Shown: one piece after another, positions 38,401-52,860 of the stretch
Layout: each line of letters opens with the position of its first letter
Numbering within the stretch: position 1 is the stretch's first letter
Origin: Phoronis australis
Lineage: Eukaryota; Animalia; Phoronida
DNA: 64,000 nucleotides
Assembly: GCA_002633005.1 (NCBI GenBank)
Contig: NMRA01000080.1
Span: forward strand, 1-64,000
Direction of reading: 5' to 3'
The notes under the pieces: model-generated
What the model was told of the DNA's origin: nothing
Databases searched by the model: none
What the model saw: only the letters and a program-made list of their open reading frames with translations
Translations under genes and position numbers: made by a program

Positions 38401-39664
38401 GAATTGGAAATTTACAGTAAAATAATACATCTTATATTTTTGCACAAAAACACGAAAATTGAACAAAGTTTCTTTTTTTTAGCAACGTTTGTCAAAATGT
38501 ATCAACGTTAAATCTTCACAAATTACAAAGTAACCGATTGAACATGCCTTTGAGTTCAGCAAAAGTAGCCATGTTGTCGGTGCCGCTAGAAATGAGACGA
38601 AGTCCAACGGGAATTGTGAGCACATTTATCACTTAATGAGTAACAACTGTGAGGCTGAAATTTGGTGAACACTGTTAAATCGTGCAGAATAGTAAGTAAA
38701 GATATGTCTAACTAAATTTCACCGTAATTTGTTGGCGAAAACAATTTACACAAACTTTCAAACTCGTAACTTATCCCGCTGTCCTCCAATATGGCCGACG
38801 CGACCCAAACAAAGTGACCCACATTCCGCCACAAAACTTGCAATAACTTTACACTGCTTGCCCCGATTTTGATACTTTTTCGATTTTTACTGAGTACAAT
38901 GCACTACCTTTCCGATGATAGCAAAGTACTTTTTCAAAACGAGAAAAAAATAAAACCGAAAAAAATAGGTTCGACCCATATTGGTTCCTAGGTTCGACCG
39001 GCCTACGTAAGGAACTAAACACCAAATGCTATTTTAACATACTACGTAAGTACGCGTAACATTCCAAAAAACATCAACGATCACTAACTACAAACTATAA
39101 ATACACTGCATATGCAAACGAATCACGAGATATTACTAACAAAACAAAATAATGAACACTTTTCGATCGAGCGATAGCACATTCAGTTACAAGGAAAAAA
39201 TGGCGGATTTCAGGACAAGTTCCTGAACTGATGAGCCGGAAATGTGGGTACGGAAATAACCGATGACAACCGGCAATCATACGCTCAGAGAGAAGGGTCA
39301 AATACTGTTCAAAAATCGCTTTCGGCAAGAAAGGCGAAAAGAATATAAAGAAAGGGTGTCGAAAATAAGATTTTATGTAGTAAGTATTTTCGGATACTGG
39401 AACCACATGGGCAGTTTTAGAGAAGGACTTTAAGCTTATTATGTATATAGCTCATTTGGTGAATGCCTCTCGGCTCCAGAACTGTGCTTAATGCGTATAA
39501 TTCGTCTGCGATCTGGTGGCTCTCAAAAGTTCTTAATACAAGTTTACTGCCGAGTAGCGTTAACTATTAGTGGAACGATGCCACTCTCGGCACGCCGGCT
39601 GCCGGCCTAGAAAGCAAAGGGCCCCGACTGCGTAGCCTTGCCTTGGTGCAAGCTGTATACTAAA

Positions 39665-40345
39665 TATACAGCGGCTGTTGCACCGACGTGGGTAAAAACT
39701 GTTCAAATAAAATCTGACACAAAATTAGAGTCATTAAAAATTACACACTTCCTTGAGTAAACTAACTTATTCACTGGCGATCTGCTGTTCATTCTGCTGC
39801 TAAGATTTAGGTATGCTCTTTAAGGTCGGCCTTCGGCGCCTTCACCTGTTGCCTTATTGGCCAGTTTCGTTCCCAGAGTTGTTCTTCTCCAAAGTATAAC
39901 AAGCGATCAAACTGTTCTTTGAAATTGTGCACGTGTCATAACGAATTATTAGAGTTGATTTCATTTCCTTCCAATTTTTTGGTATTTTAATACCAGGAAA
40001 CCGAATTTCATAAAAATTTTGCTCCGATGTCGCGAAATTTTAAGAAATTGCGCGTGTTGAGCGTACTGTTTTCTTTGTTATAAAAAGGTGAGAATTATGA
40101 GATAAAATAACGTTTACTAGATCGTTTTTCACTTAAACGGCTCCAGCGGGCAAGGAGAGTGTCGGTTGACACCCAGACATTTGCACGTTACCCTGCCGGT
40201 TGTTGATATAAGTTTCGCGACGAGGTGACGAGCACAACTGCTCGGGCTATGTGAAATTTCGGAGTCTAACGGAGTTCAACACACAGTGCTACTGGTACCT
40301 AGCTGTATTTGGAAGATAGTCTTCATACAGCTAGCTGGATGGCTA
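39665..40345 (+). repeat. Dispersed repeat family B, copy 1, ending in a hairpin
   Basis: Shares ATAAAATCTGACA...CTTCCTTGAGTAAACTAACTTATT, GAAATTGCGCGT and AGGTGACGAGCA with 60425-61008 and, reverse-complemented, with 61009-61725. Terminal hairpin TAGCTGTAT...ATACAGCTA. Confidence 0.85.
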
Positions 40346-41575
40346 GGCCCCGGGATGAATCAACGTCACAGGAAAGAAAAACGAAATAACTTGCGAGTAT
40401 GCACATGTTGATCTGTCGACTGGACTACTGCGTACTCGCTCGGCTAATGACCTATATCTCTTTGGGCTGTACAGCCTCAATGACGTCACGAAAAACAGCG
40501 CTTACAGTGGGGCTTTACGAAACTAATAAAGTTTTACTTTTCAAAGTAAAAAAGAAAAATACTGTGCACTATTAAGGAATTTGTGGATTCCAGTAACCAA
40601 CCTATATACAATCAAAATTCATATTAAAATGCTGAAACATATAGTTCAGGCCTCTTTTAATTATTACCATCAGCAATGCAACACGCCATTTGATTAACCC
40701 AGAAACTCAAGTGCACTCAGCCTCGGCCTCATTCTTTCCATCCTGGGTTTGTTGTACTCGCTCCACTCTATCAATTGGTGTACGAAGACGTGGGTAAAAT
40801 TTTGAGACCTTTTTTCCGGGAGATATATAGAATATATAGCTTTAGCAACTATATATGCCCCATTGGGTATATGCCCCGGAACAACATATAGCCCGCAACT
40901 ATATATATATATATCTCACTAGGTATATGCCCACAAGAATAGATGTCCCATTGGGTATGTACAATATATAACCAGCAACTATATATGTCCCACTAAATAT
41001 ATGCCCCATATATCCCGGTTTTCAATTGTTCATACATTCCTCGTAATAAACACGCCACACATCTTTATATATGTCACATTCGGTTAATGTGTTTATATGC
41101 CAAAAATACACTCATCCAAACAGCAGTGAACTATGTGTATATGTACACAACAGATTTTACCACTTTAAAATTCAAAAATGTATGATACTTTTATCTTTTT
41201 ATAATTCTGAAATGTTAGCCGATGACACTGTCTCCGTCAGGCTCTACGGTATATTTGGATACTTGTGCAGCAGAATTGTAAAAAATATACTTCTATAAAC
41301 ATGTTGAAACCATCCTAAATGACATTCTTGGTGAACTGTCAATAATAACTTTCAAAGATGAAAACTTATTCATTTATTGATCTGGACACCAAAAGTAGAA
41401 GATGCATACCATATACCACATACGAGAAAGATTACTGCCAAATTCTATTGATATATAGCATGTGTAAAGATTAATAATGTTTCCTTATTCGTAAAATTTT
41501 AACAATTTTTCCTTGTGAATTAACTTTGAACAGATTCCTGTAAAACTGGGACTTGTTACTGTGACACAGTCAGTT

Positions 41576-41693
<118 letters not shown>

Positions 41694-44600
41694 TCGCTAT
41701 ACCGGCGCCGACCGGCGGCCTCCATACTGGCTAGTGGCAGACGGGGCAGGTACGTCAAGATTCAGTCCAGTTACCACCAGGTTTGCGGAGGAACGATTTG
41801 GGGTTTGCGCCCCTGAATAGTACCGCCCGGCACCGGAAAGCGCCAGTGCTGATGATCGGCCGCGGGCCCGACGATCAGGAAGTTTCGGCGTGTTTCCCTC
41901 ACGAAACAAAATTTTTAAAATGCGCGTTTGTACTTTACTTTATATCGTGCCACTGTAGGGAGCATCTCAGTCCTTGCCCCGCGTTGACACCTCAAGTGGT
42001 GCCCCCATCCCCGATTTCGACCTGTGTAATCCCCCAGTTAACAGATACGTGGTGCCATCCTTGGACAACACCTATTTAGCCCCCCCCCCACTTTGACAGG
42101 CGCCCGACGGCATCTGAGTCCTTTTGGTACGCCACAGAGTCAGGGCACTCGGTATGTTTATACTATGAAGTTCAGACCCGTGTTGAACTGTTTACATGAT
42201 GTCACAGATACGGATCTACGTGGGGGGGGGGGTTCAGGGAGCTTAAACCACGGGACAGGACCAAAAATAAAAATTTGAAAAAACGTCACCAGGAAAACGA
42301 AATCGCCTACAAAAACAAATAAAATATTACGCGCCTCGGATTCTCGCTAACCCTAACCCCCTACCTTACTGAAAACGTAGATCTGCCACTGAACGTCACG
42401 AACCGAGTCATTAATAAAATTGTCTTTCGTGAGCTGTTTTCTCTTGACTTTGAATGTATGCCTTTTCATACCGTTAATGTTCGCACTGTCAGAAATATTC
42501 AACATTGGGATGGCCCGCGACTGGTGTGGAGATTAATATTCGTAGCAACCTGCAGGGACTTTACAATATGAACGCAAAATTACAATGAGTTTTGACCAAG
42601 TCGAAGATTTTTTTGCACTGAACAGGGGGCCATGATAACCCCCTTAGGTGCCTCCTTTCCCGGCTTTGTCAGTGGCACTCACAACGAAGATAAATAAATA
42701 CGAGCAAGGCAAATTCGGCTGGTAGTCGCGTCCGCCGTCTCCATGTAAACAAACAGCAACGCCATCTATCATTTAGACGAAGCACGCATGCCATTCACAA
42801 TTTCCATATTTTTGTAATAAGTAATAATCATCAGTAGTTTTGATGGAATGGTAATTAGTAATGCTGTCTGCTTTTTCTCTAATAAAGAAACTTTTTACGT
42901 TGTTTTTGCAAGGTAATTACACGTTTCAAGGGGCCCCCTATTGGTGGTTCAGGCAACTGAGAACAGACAAATAGGAAAAAGTGCAGTTTTTGAAAAGGTG
43001 CAATATGGCTGCTACAGAGTTCCAAATTTGGCCAAAAATGGCTTCGGTGGAAACCTGCAAATTAGCCCCCACTTTTTTCAGTTCTGCGCCGCCCATGAGA
43101 TTGCACCCGCAGTAACAATCGTTGTACAGGCCAACAAATCACAAATTACTGGAACGGCAATGGCAAAAGATGGCAATGACGACGAGTTACAGACAAATCG
43201 GACAATAGGTGTGGCCCCTGATATAGATTGTTTTTTACGTTTGCTTCTATAGTTTAGGCGATCGTTTTCATAAAATTTGGCAGATAGATATGTTTTGCAG
43301 AGGTGACGCCACCTTTTTCAATGCGAATGGGTTTGACCCATTATGCGGCATCTAATGGACATTCTTATAATAGTAAAAATACTCATAGAAGCACAGCGTT
43401 TGTGGTGCTATGGTGGGCGCATTTCAGCGCTCCGCGTTGCTCTTGTTGGCATCTGTGGTTGTATCAATCTAGTCCCTTGCAAGGTCACAATTTCGCATGT
43501 GTAGTTCTATTAACTTGACAACAGTTGGACCATCGATGTGCCTCTCAATGAAAATTTGCTTATTTTTTCTCAAAAAGTAAGTTATGCTTTTCTCTATCTT
43601 TGGAGTTCCCTTGCGGATTTTCATTCAATTTTGGCTGACAGTGTTGTGTTAGAGAGATGACGACGCCTTAATTTGGACAGGTTCAATGTATTCTGTGCTA
43701 TCTAATGGCCATTTTATGATATTAAAATACTACTGGAATTGCATTGCAGCCGTGGGTGCTTTTCAACGCTCCACGTAGCTCTTGTTTACAGAAAGCAAGC
43801 ATCGAAAAATTTTACACCATTTGAGCATTTGTTACAATACTTTATTTGTCCAAGATCACAATAAGTGTGTAGGGAAATAGGCTGTTTTGAAAACGAGAAT
43901 CATTCATTACAGAACACACATCCCATCAAATCTTCTCAGTATTGTCATAAAAAATTATGGTTACGTGTATCTTAATGCAGCAGAAATCTGTGCAAGTCGC
44001 GGTGTTGCGATGTTGGAAATTAAAGGTACATGCACCAAAAGATTTCAAAATATAATATAAAAACTTCCACAGAAGTCTTCAAGACTCTGCCGAAATTGGG
44101 TAAATTTGTTTCCAGAATAATGTGTCAGTTTAGACGATTTTTGTCAGACTTGAATGTGCATAGTGTCTAGTCGTTACTTACACAGTAACTTGCCGCAACT
44201 TCGACTGCACGAGAGGAGCAACACTTGCATAGATCTTGATGAGATTTAGCTAGAACTGAAATGCATTTGATTCTATTCGAAAGAAAACATATTTTTTAAT
44301 AGCCTCGTCAAAATTTGACATTGTCTATTTAATTTTGAAAACTACTGTGTGCTAGTCTTTGCACCTTTACACGGTATGTTTTATGCTATGTTGGAGAAAA
44401 TAAAAACTTAGACCTGTCCAAGCAGATATCTTAAGGAAAAGTTACATACGTATTTTTAATGTTTATTATTGTATCTACTAGCGGGTATGTCGAGCCCTGA
44501 CTCGAGACAGTTCATTGTATTCTGCAGATTTTGTCAATATCTCCGGCGTTCTAAGTTTCATATGTACGCAATGCGTAACACCGGCTAAAAAGTGCCTGGA

Positions 44601-47600
44601 CGGTAATTAAGTCTACGACAAACTCATGCTGAGTTTAATGGTTCGAAATATTCTTAACTGACTGCTGCCTACTTTGGTTCGAAATGTACTTAAGGATATG
44701 TAGGACCTTGCTTCTTTATTTTTTGCAACATTGCATATATGCGTGGGTGAATCGTTCATCTTCATTTCTACGAGTTAACTTTGAAATCGACATCTTGCCT
44801 TTATATGGTAGAAAGAAAACGATTACCCAGACACACTTCAAGAGAGTGTAAATTTGTTTGGTACTCATCACAGTTCGAAGGTTACACAGCTGTCACTCAA
44901 ATCAGATCTCCCGGCAAGCAAAGAGCAGTTACGTATGTACCCACAGTCCTTTCATTCAGAGAATCGCCATAATACTGAGTCATCGAGGTGTGAGTAGCAT
45001 AATACGCAATTTTGATCCTGCGGGAGTCATGCATCTGCCTGCCTTAGGACCGTTGAGAACGAATGCACCGAGTTCGAGTCGCCTCGATGGTCTGTGACTT
45101 CGTGTTCCAGAACACAGTAAGTTGTGGGAAAAGATTTATTGTAATCTATTTCGCCCGAGGTATGGAACGAGGTATGTTGCAGACTAAAACACGATAAGCG
45201 TAGTAGAATTATTTTAGTAACTAGTAAGTAGAAAAGCCAATGCAAGACTCTGCAAGGTGGGCATATGAAAACACACAGACTGAAGTGCACTTAGTGATAA
45301 AAGACAACTCATTGTAGTTTAATTTCAAAGTATCAGAAAATGTGTACTGTTCAGGAAAAACACTAAACCCGAGATCGACAGGAGTGTTACTGAGACACAG
45401 AGTAACAGGTCCACAAAAAGGTACACACTAGGTCAAGGTACACAGTGGCTAAACGAACAAGACCATCGTATACTGAACAAAAGAAATATGGTTTACCAAT
45501 GTGATGTTGAGTAGAGAGGTGCATAAATACAAAAGTAGTACCTGGATGGCATAAATATAAATAAGTAAAATAAGCCCTAAGGGTGGATATAAATCTAAAG
45601 AATGACAAATAGCATGATGATGACAGCAGTCACGTTACTTCCAATTCCATTATGACCTCGTTTTTCACTTCCTCCCGGTTTACTCACGACTTCCGGTTAC
45701 GCATGTGACCTTTGATTGAGGTCCGTCTTCAGAGCAAAGACACGATGTCAATTATGTGCCAAATTTGACCTATTTAACATTGACCTGTGACGTCATTGCT
45801 ACTTCCTACGGTTTACAGAAGACGTCATTTCCTGGTCCACATTTAAACTCTAACCTATAACCCTTGACCGACACACCTCTCACCTGACATACTACATACA
45901 CGGCAGGAAACTCCATCAGTAAAACCAAGCACAGGTGGTGAGTGTTATTTTGATCATGTGAGGAGAGTAGGTTTTGTAGTTTCAAGTTTTTGTTTGTTTG
46001 GTGAAAAATCGTCGATGTGGGCGGCTGCTTTTTACCGTTTTGTATTTGAACGGCATATTTCCTTTAGACGAAGGCAAAAACAAATTTATTGCGTCTGTGA
46101 AAAAGCGAATTTGAATTTTAACAGTGGACAGCCATAACCAACTTGGGACACTTGCGACATATATTGAAATATGTGTCTCAGGTTTTAAAGCAGCTTTTCG
46201 ATGAGAGATCGGGCTCAAAACTTGAAGTGCCGACGCCAGCCAAGTTTTATTGTACTCGACCGAGAGAAAGAAAGAGTGTGTTTGTGGAGACACTAGGCCA
46301 GTGTGCCACAGTAGGCCACTTTTACTTTTATTTGCTATTAATCATGAATACTCTTTTTCCTTTATAGTTTACTGGGTTATTTTATCGCCACGGCAGTGAA
46401 ATATGTGAAACATGTTTACTAGAAAATTTCAAAGGTCCAAACGATCCACAATTCCTAAACAAATGTATAAACGAGCCGATAAAACCTGGCGGGGGAATAA
46501 GACTATCGTCTATTGACTATACTGAAGTGAGTCTTGGATTCGCGCCCTTCACCTCAGGGCCTTAGCATAACTTAAACAGCTTGGAATAAATGTTTGTCAG
46601 GTAAATAAATAAATGATTTGAGAACACTAACACTTTCCAACGTATTTCTCTCCTCGACCCGTCCTCATAAACACCTGTTATCAAGCTTTTCACACAGATC
46701 CCACGTCACCAATGGTGACTTGTACATTAGCAACCATTGGTGTCACAAACTTACACGCAGACACAGCCTAAAAATGGTGTTACTGCAGACGCAATCATTC
46801 ATATTGCCTGTGTATATTAAGTATTGTTTCCTGTTGTACTCATTTTCAAGTAGCCCCAGATTGTGAACTTGTCACGTGGTACTGACATTTAAAAGCGTTC
46901 TACCCGCCAGTTCCATTTCGTATTTCGTATCTGTGTGCAGTGTATGCATGTCATTGGTTTCGTCGTTGAGATTGCAGGGTTTTCATGATGTAAGTATTGT
47001 TCTTTTGCTTATCGTTATATTCTGGTTTGTGCAATGCATTCTCTCGTGTCCTGCGTAGTTTCAGTATTTTCGCTTTATTTACTTCGCCGTATTTCGTCCT
47101 TTGTGGTTCGTGTCGAGGGATTTGGGCGTTGTTCGCTGCGACCTTGAGATTGCGATTCACAAACCAGTCTGTTTCTAGCTCATATTATCGTAATGGTTTA
47201 GCGTGACTTGATATCTAGTTTGCGTCACGGTCTCGCGGCAGAATTGTGTATGAATTAGGTTCGTTTTTGTATATAGTATTTCCATATAAGATTCAGTTGA
47301 TCTGATGTAGCCATTTCGTTACTTGTATATTTTCTTCGTTGATGTAAATAACGTTTTTTGTGTATATTGTCAATGCCTGTGCTTGTATTATATTTCGTAG
47401 TAGTGACTCAGGGTTTTGTTTATTTCAGTTTACGGGTTTGTCTATCTACTGACGGCACTCGAATAAAAGAATTAAGCTGTACGTAGAATCACCTGTGTTT
47501 CTCTCGATTGTTCGCTGACACTGCGCCAGAACAAATGGGGTGCTCGAATTTTTTGAGAATATGAACTTTTCACTAAGATTCACGGGGTACGTTCAGAGCT

Positions 47601-48367
47601 GTGAATTGGGCATTCGCAGAATTTTGATAGTTCTAAGACTTGCCTTTTTAGTGGACTTTTGTCTCGTTTTCTGAGGCGGACCTTTTTGCCGACTTCGCCA
47701 AATGGAGGGACTCGTTCGAGCCCCCCGAGCACCCACTGGGTGTGCGCATGTTTACAGTTGTCATGCATGTTGATGCTTCCTGCTTTCTAAACAGGTTCAG
47801 TAAAAATGGTAAAAAGGACAAGATTTACACAATCCGATGGCTTAGTGTGAACATATAACGAGTAAGAACGCCACCTGAATGGTGTGCTCACCTATGAAGG
47901 ACCCAGATTTGTATCAAGATTCGAGAGATCTCCGGGTGTAGCCTACTAACGACTTGGAAAGTTATAGATCGTCAGAGACATTTAGATATACCTGGGGGTT
48001 GTCATTTATTACCTATTTCATGTACACCCCAGCCAACCCGCGATCAAAAACGAAAACCTTACACCAAAGACGGCAGACGACAGTGAAATACCCGGTGGCT
48101 TTAACTGGTCTTAAATAGAGGCCACTTTGGTACCAATGCGACACACCGAAAAGCGCAAGAGCTTAGCCTTTGATGTGGACCTGAAATAATATTTGGCTTT
48201 TGATATTTTTTGACATAGAGACCGCAGAATGCAATGACTTTCGGTAAAATGCCTTGCGTCTCGTAAATTCGTCAATTTCTACTTGGTATTAACGTAGAAA
48301 ATATATCTGAAACTAAATAAGGCGATCCAGATCCTCCCAATGATACTATTGTTTCATGAAATGAAGA

Positions 48368-48663
48368 ATATAAATCGGTAAATAAAACAACAAGAATGGA
48401 TCAACTGAAATTTGAAATTTTCGGATGTAACAACTTCCTTTATCAACAAAAACAGAAATAAAGTAAAATCAAACACAAAATGACAATTGACATATAAGAT
48501 ATGGTGTATGTATCATTTTCATTACACCATATGTTATATGTCAATTGTCATTTTGTGTTTGATTTTACTTTATTTCTGTTTTTGTTGATAAAGGAAGTTG
48601 TTACATCCGAAAATTTCAAATTTCAGTTGATCCATTCTTGTTGTTTTATTTACCGATTTATAT
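48368..48663. repeat. Near-perfect fold-back hairpin with ~140-bp arms and a ~14-nt loop; MITE-like
   Basis: ATATAAATCGGTAAATAAAAC...ATGGTGTA is mirrored by TACACCAT...GTTTTATTTACCGATTTATAT, with one mismatch seen near the loop. Confidence 0.93.
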
Positions 48664-51600
48664 ACTTGGTATTAGAACTTCTTGGATTCTTCAGTAGAGA
48701 CTTCTGACGTTTATAGTTAAATCGTCCCTAGTGACACCTTTGTTAGTTATAATTTGTGAAACAAGTTGAGATATATACCGATGCAAGCAGGTCCTTGTGT
48801 GAGACGGCGATCGGGAACGAAGCTGTTAATTCTCCATGGCGATCGTGAACGCACTTTTTTTCTCTGCATTTTTCTCAATAATCGTTCAAGTTACGGTGTT
48901 ATATCAATAATTTTAGAATAATACGATCCTGAATTAGTTGATGGGTCGATTGTTTGTTATACTTTCACCGTTTTTTATGATTTCTATGTGAGATTTAGCT
49001 CCACTTAATATGATTAAATGCGTTTGATTTTTCAGTTGAACTGTAGCCACACGATGAGTGTTAACATACATGTACACGCCTTCAAAAAAGAGAAGCACAA
49101 CTGCTGCATGTGACAAAGGGCTGTGTATGCATATATTTTGTGGAGCTTCGTTCAGGAAGAAACCTTTTTTGTATAACCGGATGACAATAAAACACAGTGA
49201 CACTCAGCAGCAATCAAGACCTTTACCAGCCCCTTGATTGACGTGTTGCATTGGGGCAAGATTTTTTACCGACATAAGCAAACACAATATGAAGCGCAGT
49301 GCTCAGGAACCAAGTTGATTCAGTGCCCTGTCTGCGATCAATGTCAGGTTTCACGGAAAGAGTAAGCCTGAGGACACTCCTTGTTGTTGTGAATGTGTCA
49401 TGCAAAGAGTATGCCTCCTTCTACAGGCATGAGAACCAGAATCGCCATGAATAAAATCATTCAGTCCAATAGTGAAAGTTATTTCAATAAAAGTCACTAA
49501 ACTTTTTTCGTATTTAAAGAGTTTATGGTTGGTAGTTGTCTGATGTGATAGTATTTTGAAGTTTGGTTTGAACCATTTTCCTATTTATGTTATTTCAACA
49601 GCATCTTTAACAGAACCAGTGCATTTTTGTAGTGTTTAGTTAGATTTAAATGGCCACACTATGTATCACTGGGTGATACTTACATGCAATTGTTATGACC
49701 AATTAGTATTTTAAAAGAAAACTATATGCCTGCCATAATTGTAGAAATTGTTTTCATGTTGTTGTTGATTCCCTGTAAGAGAATTTTATAGTATGAACCG
49801 GTCCGAAATAGACTGCCTATGATTCAGTGATGATTTAGTCTAATACATTCCAAAAATAATTCGCAGGAAATGCAATGCTGATTTCTCTAAAGCAATATTT
49901 CACATTTTGTTTCTGTTGCTTTAATACTGTTGTTGATTTCCTGTGTAATCACTACATTGTGTTTTGAAGTGATGTTAAAGACAACATTTTACGTTTTGAA
50001 AAAAATCACAATATAGTAGGTGTATTATTACTCGTCTCAATCTTTTTCAATGTCACATTAAACTGGAGATCATGGACTGAAGATGCACTCAGGACCGAGA
50101 CTACAAAACAGAAGAGTCAATCAAAAGGTACTATATGTTGTATATCCAATCCACACCAGTGCCACAAGTCACTCTGTTTATCTCTGTATCGATAATATCA
50201 GTAAAACATCAAACAAATACCACCCGTTTTATCAGCAAAACAGTTAACACCATTTCTGGCAATTTTTAAATCCCAGACCTTCATGAGCGGTAATCTTTGA
50301 ATCACCTCACGAATGGTGTAGCCGCACTCTTCTCGCTCCCCACAGGCACGGTCATCATCATTCTTTGACTTCACTGGCGTATTTGTTTTTTTCCTTTTGC
50401 TGTCACAATCTTTCAAGAAGATTCGACTCTCACTTTCATATGCATCAGCAATTTGTTTACTCCTGGCTTACACGCCACATGGAACAATTGCTGGGTGAGT
50501 CTTAGTTCAGAACCCCTTGTTCCCCTTGGTTTCGTCTAAAAGTATAATTATATCTGTAATTCAAAACCCTGGTAGGGTGTAGTTTTACGCCCTGATTAAC
50601 CTGTTCGTAGAAGCTCGCCTCACAATAATAACAGTGAACTTGGTTCCTGAAATGAAAATAAATTCATTTGTGAAAATATCTGTGACTAAATTAGTGCTTG
50701 ATGTACATGTAGTCGCTCATTGTGATTTAATGGTAATGCCATGATGGTATTGTTCAGTTTTGACACAAAAGAAGAAGATTAATGACGAAAAATGTGATTA
50801 TCTCATTGCACCATACTTATTTTGTAACACTTTTCACGTTTTATAAGTAAAACGTTCACAATTTTTCGGCACACCACCATGCGTTCTCGATCGCATAACC
50901 AAACAAAAATTTGGGTTTCCGATCGCTAATCTTTGCGTTCTTGATCGCATCTTTCAACAGAAAGGTGTCGAAAAAATCAGAGATCCTGACAAAACTACGA
51001 AAAACAAGAGTTGTGTTGTATTTTCAAAAGTCATTTCTTCATAACTTCATGCTCAGTTTATTGATTTCAGTGGCGGATCAGCGTTTTCAGTAAGGGGGGG
51101 TGGTTAGGATTCCCGCAAAGGTCGAATCCGAGGCGCGTGGCGCCGAGCGGGTGAAGGGAGGTCGGGTTTACCCCCCTCCCGTGTAACACAACTTTTTGTT
51201 TTTGTAGCCAAACAGTGAAAGTTCCATGCATCCTGGTACGTTTCCTGCACTTAACATGTAAACTGGAGTTATTCATAAGATAATTAATAACCCTTCTCGA
51301 TTTCGTCACATGAACTTTGCTCATAAGTTTCGTGAATCTAGATTTGTGCACATCTGGGTATGAGTCGCACCACCAGCAAAAAAATTTGTTGGAAGATCTG
51401 CTTACACACACCTTTTTAGCATACGAAAAAGTGTGACGTATATACAGGGGCTTAGACAACTACCAAATATTCAAGAGCGTAAGGAGCACCGACGGGGCAT
51501 AAAAACTTGAATATCAGATGATCGCAACAGGCTCAAGCTGTTTAAGAACGAAGACCTGTACTGTTACATGTAGTACTGAAATAAACATGTGTTCTGTCTC

Positions 51601-52149
51601 GTTACGAGAAAGACTGGCGAACGATGGTGCTCTCAGCTCATAGTCTATTATTACAATAAACAATTAAGTATCACTTTATTAAGCTGAATCACGTTGACAA
51701 CAATTGAAAAACGTCAAATGTTTCAGGAAACAAATCATCTGAAAACAGTTTCACGAAACCAAAACATTTTGTACACCGTGGTGAAAAGATATATCGGGAG
51801 CAGTTCGCAGAGGGACCAGATGTACACTGAGAGTACACAAAATCTCTGGCCTGGTCCGTCATGAGACCAAAAGTACACCTGTACTCATTATCCCTATAAA
51901 AATAGTCGATCTGTCGCGGGACCAAACAGTACTGGCTTAGAAAAATAGTTTTACAAAGCACACTTTGGTAAAAAAACATCACAAGACTAGTTCACCGAGG
52001 GGCCAGAAGTACACTGAAACTCGATATCTACACAAATCAAGCTGGCGTGGTCCGTCGCGAGACCTAAAGCGTACTTTGCAAAAAATTTTGAATTGAAAAC
52101 TTCTCTCTAGACACTTTTTAATCCTCAGTGGTTGCTCATACGTGTAGTT

Positions 52150-52860
52150 TACACATCTGGTGGTCAACTGCTGCGAGAGGTTGTCTAGGAAGGGTTTTCG
52201 CACCGTTCTGTAGTACTCACTGGAAGAAACAAGTATTGAGTACAGATTTAACTACGCACTACATGTACGTGAAATAGATTTAGGATATGAAGCAGATAGA
52301 CTCAAGTGGAAATACAAACCAGAATCAGTTTCTGTGCGCCCGTAGACCCTCTGCTCTACTTGGTAAATTTGGCATGTCCAAAAATAATTTCTATTTCGTT
52401 TTCATTGTACACAAGCATAAAAAACCGACATCATTACAAACTGCGTAGAATTATAACTTATTACCTGGGTGTTTCTCCAGGAACGTTAGTCCTATCCTGC
52501 TGTTGTCTGGACTGCCGAGGAATCTGTATGTCGGATCCATTAGTTTGCTTGTCTTAGAACCATTCCACCCAGACATCTTCGATGTTTGTTCCCAACGCTT
52601 ACACTTCGTCAACTGCTGTGTCACTGAGCTTGTAAGCCTCTACAATGTCAGCATCTCGTTTCGCAGCTCAACTGGCACTAAGCCCCCTGATCCAAATCCA
52701 TTCAAAAGACTTAATGCGCAGCTAAATTTGATCCGTTCACCATGAACTACTTCAAACCTAAACGATGTATCCCAGGACCTATTTCCATCTCTTGCAATTT
52801 TCGAAATAAACGCCCGAATGTCTGAACGCTTGAAACCCGAAGTACTAACATCAAATAAAT
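52150..52860 (-). pseudogene. hAT transposase relic (P52rIPK/THAP12-like group)
   Basis: Minus-strand fragments RDADIVEAYKLSDTAVDEV, VWVEWF, DIQIPRQSRQQQDRTNVPGETP and SEYYRTVRKPFLDNLSQQLTTR match the hAT 'PR..Q.HR.NVP..TP..YYR...PFLD.L..QL..RF' segment. Stops and frameshifts are present. Confidence 0.7.

Noticed and set aside
40816-41018. ATATATGCCCC/GCAACTATATAT repeat cluster as a functional array
   Set aside because: It is bounded by CCGGGA...TCCCGG within T runs, so it is best explained as a small non-autonomous element.
44860-45120. Possible exon or IS3EU-like transposase fragment (IIRNFDPAGV, donor-like GTAAGT)
   Set aside because: The similarity is too short and interrupted by stops to support a call.
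46870-47550. Solo LTR (TGT...AATAAA...AACA) followed by a tRNA-Pro-like primer binding site
   Set aside because: No matching target duplication was found, and the apparent PBS is part of the MITE family seen at 56584-56816. An LTR origin is unproven.
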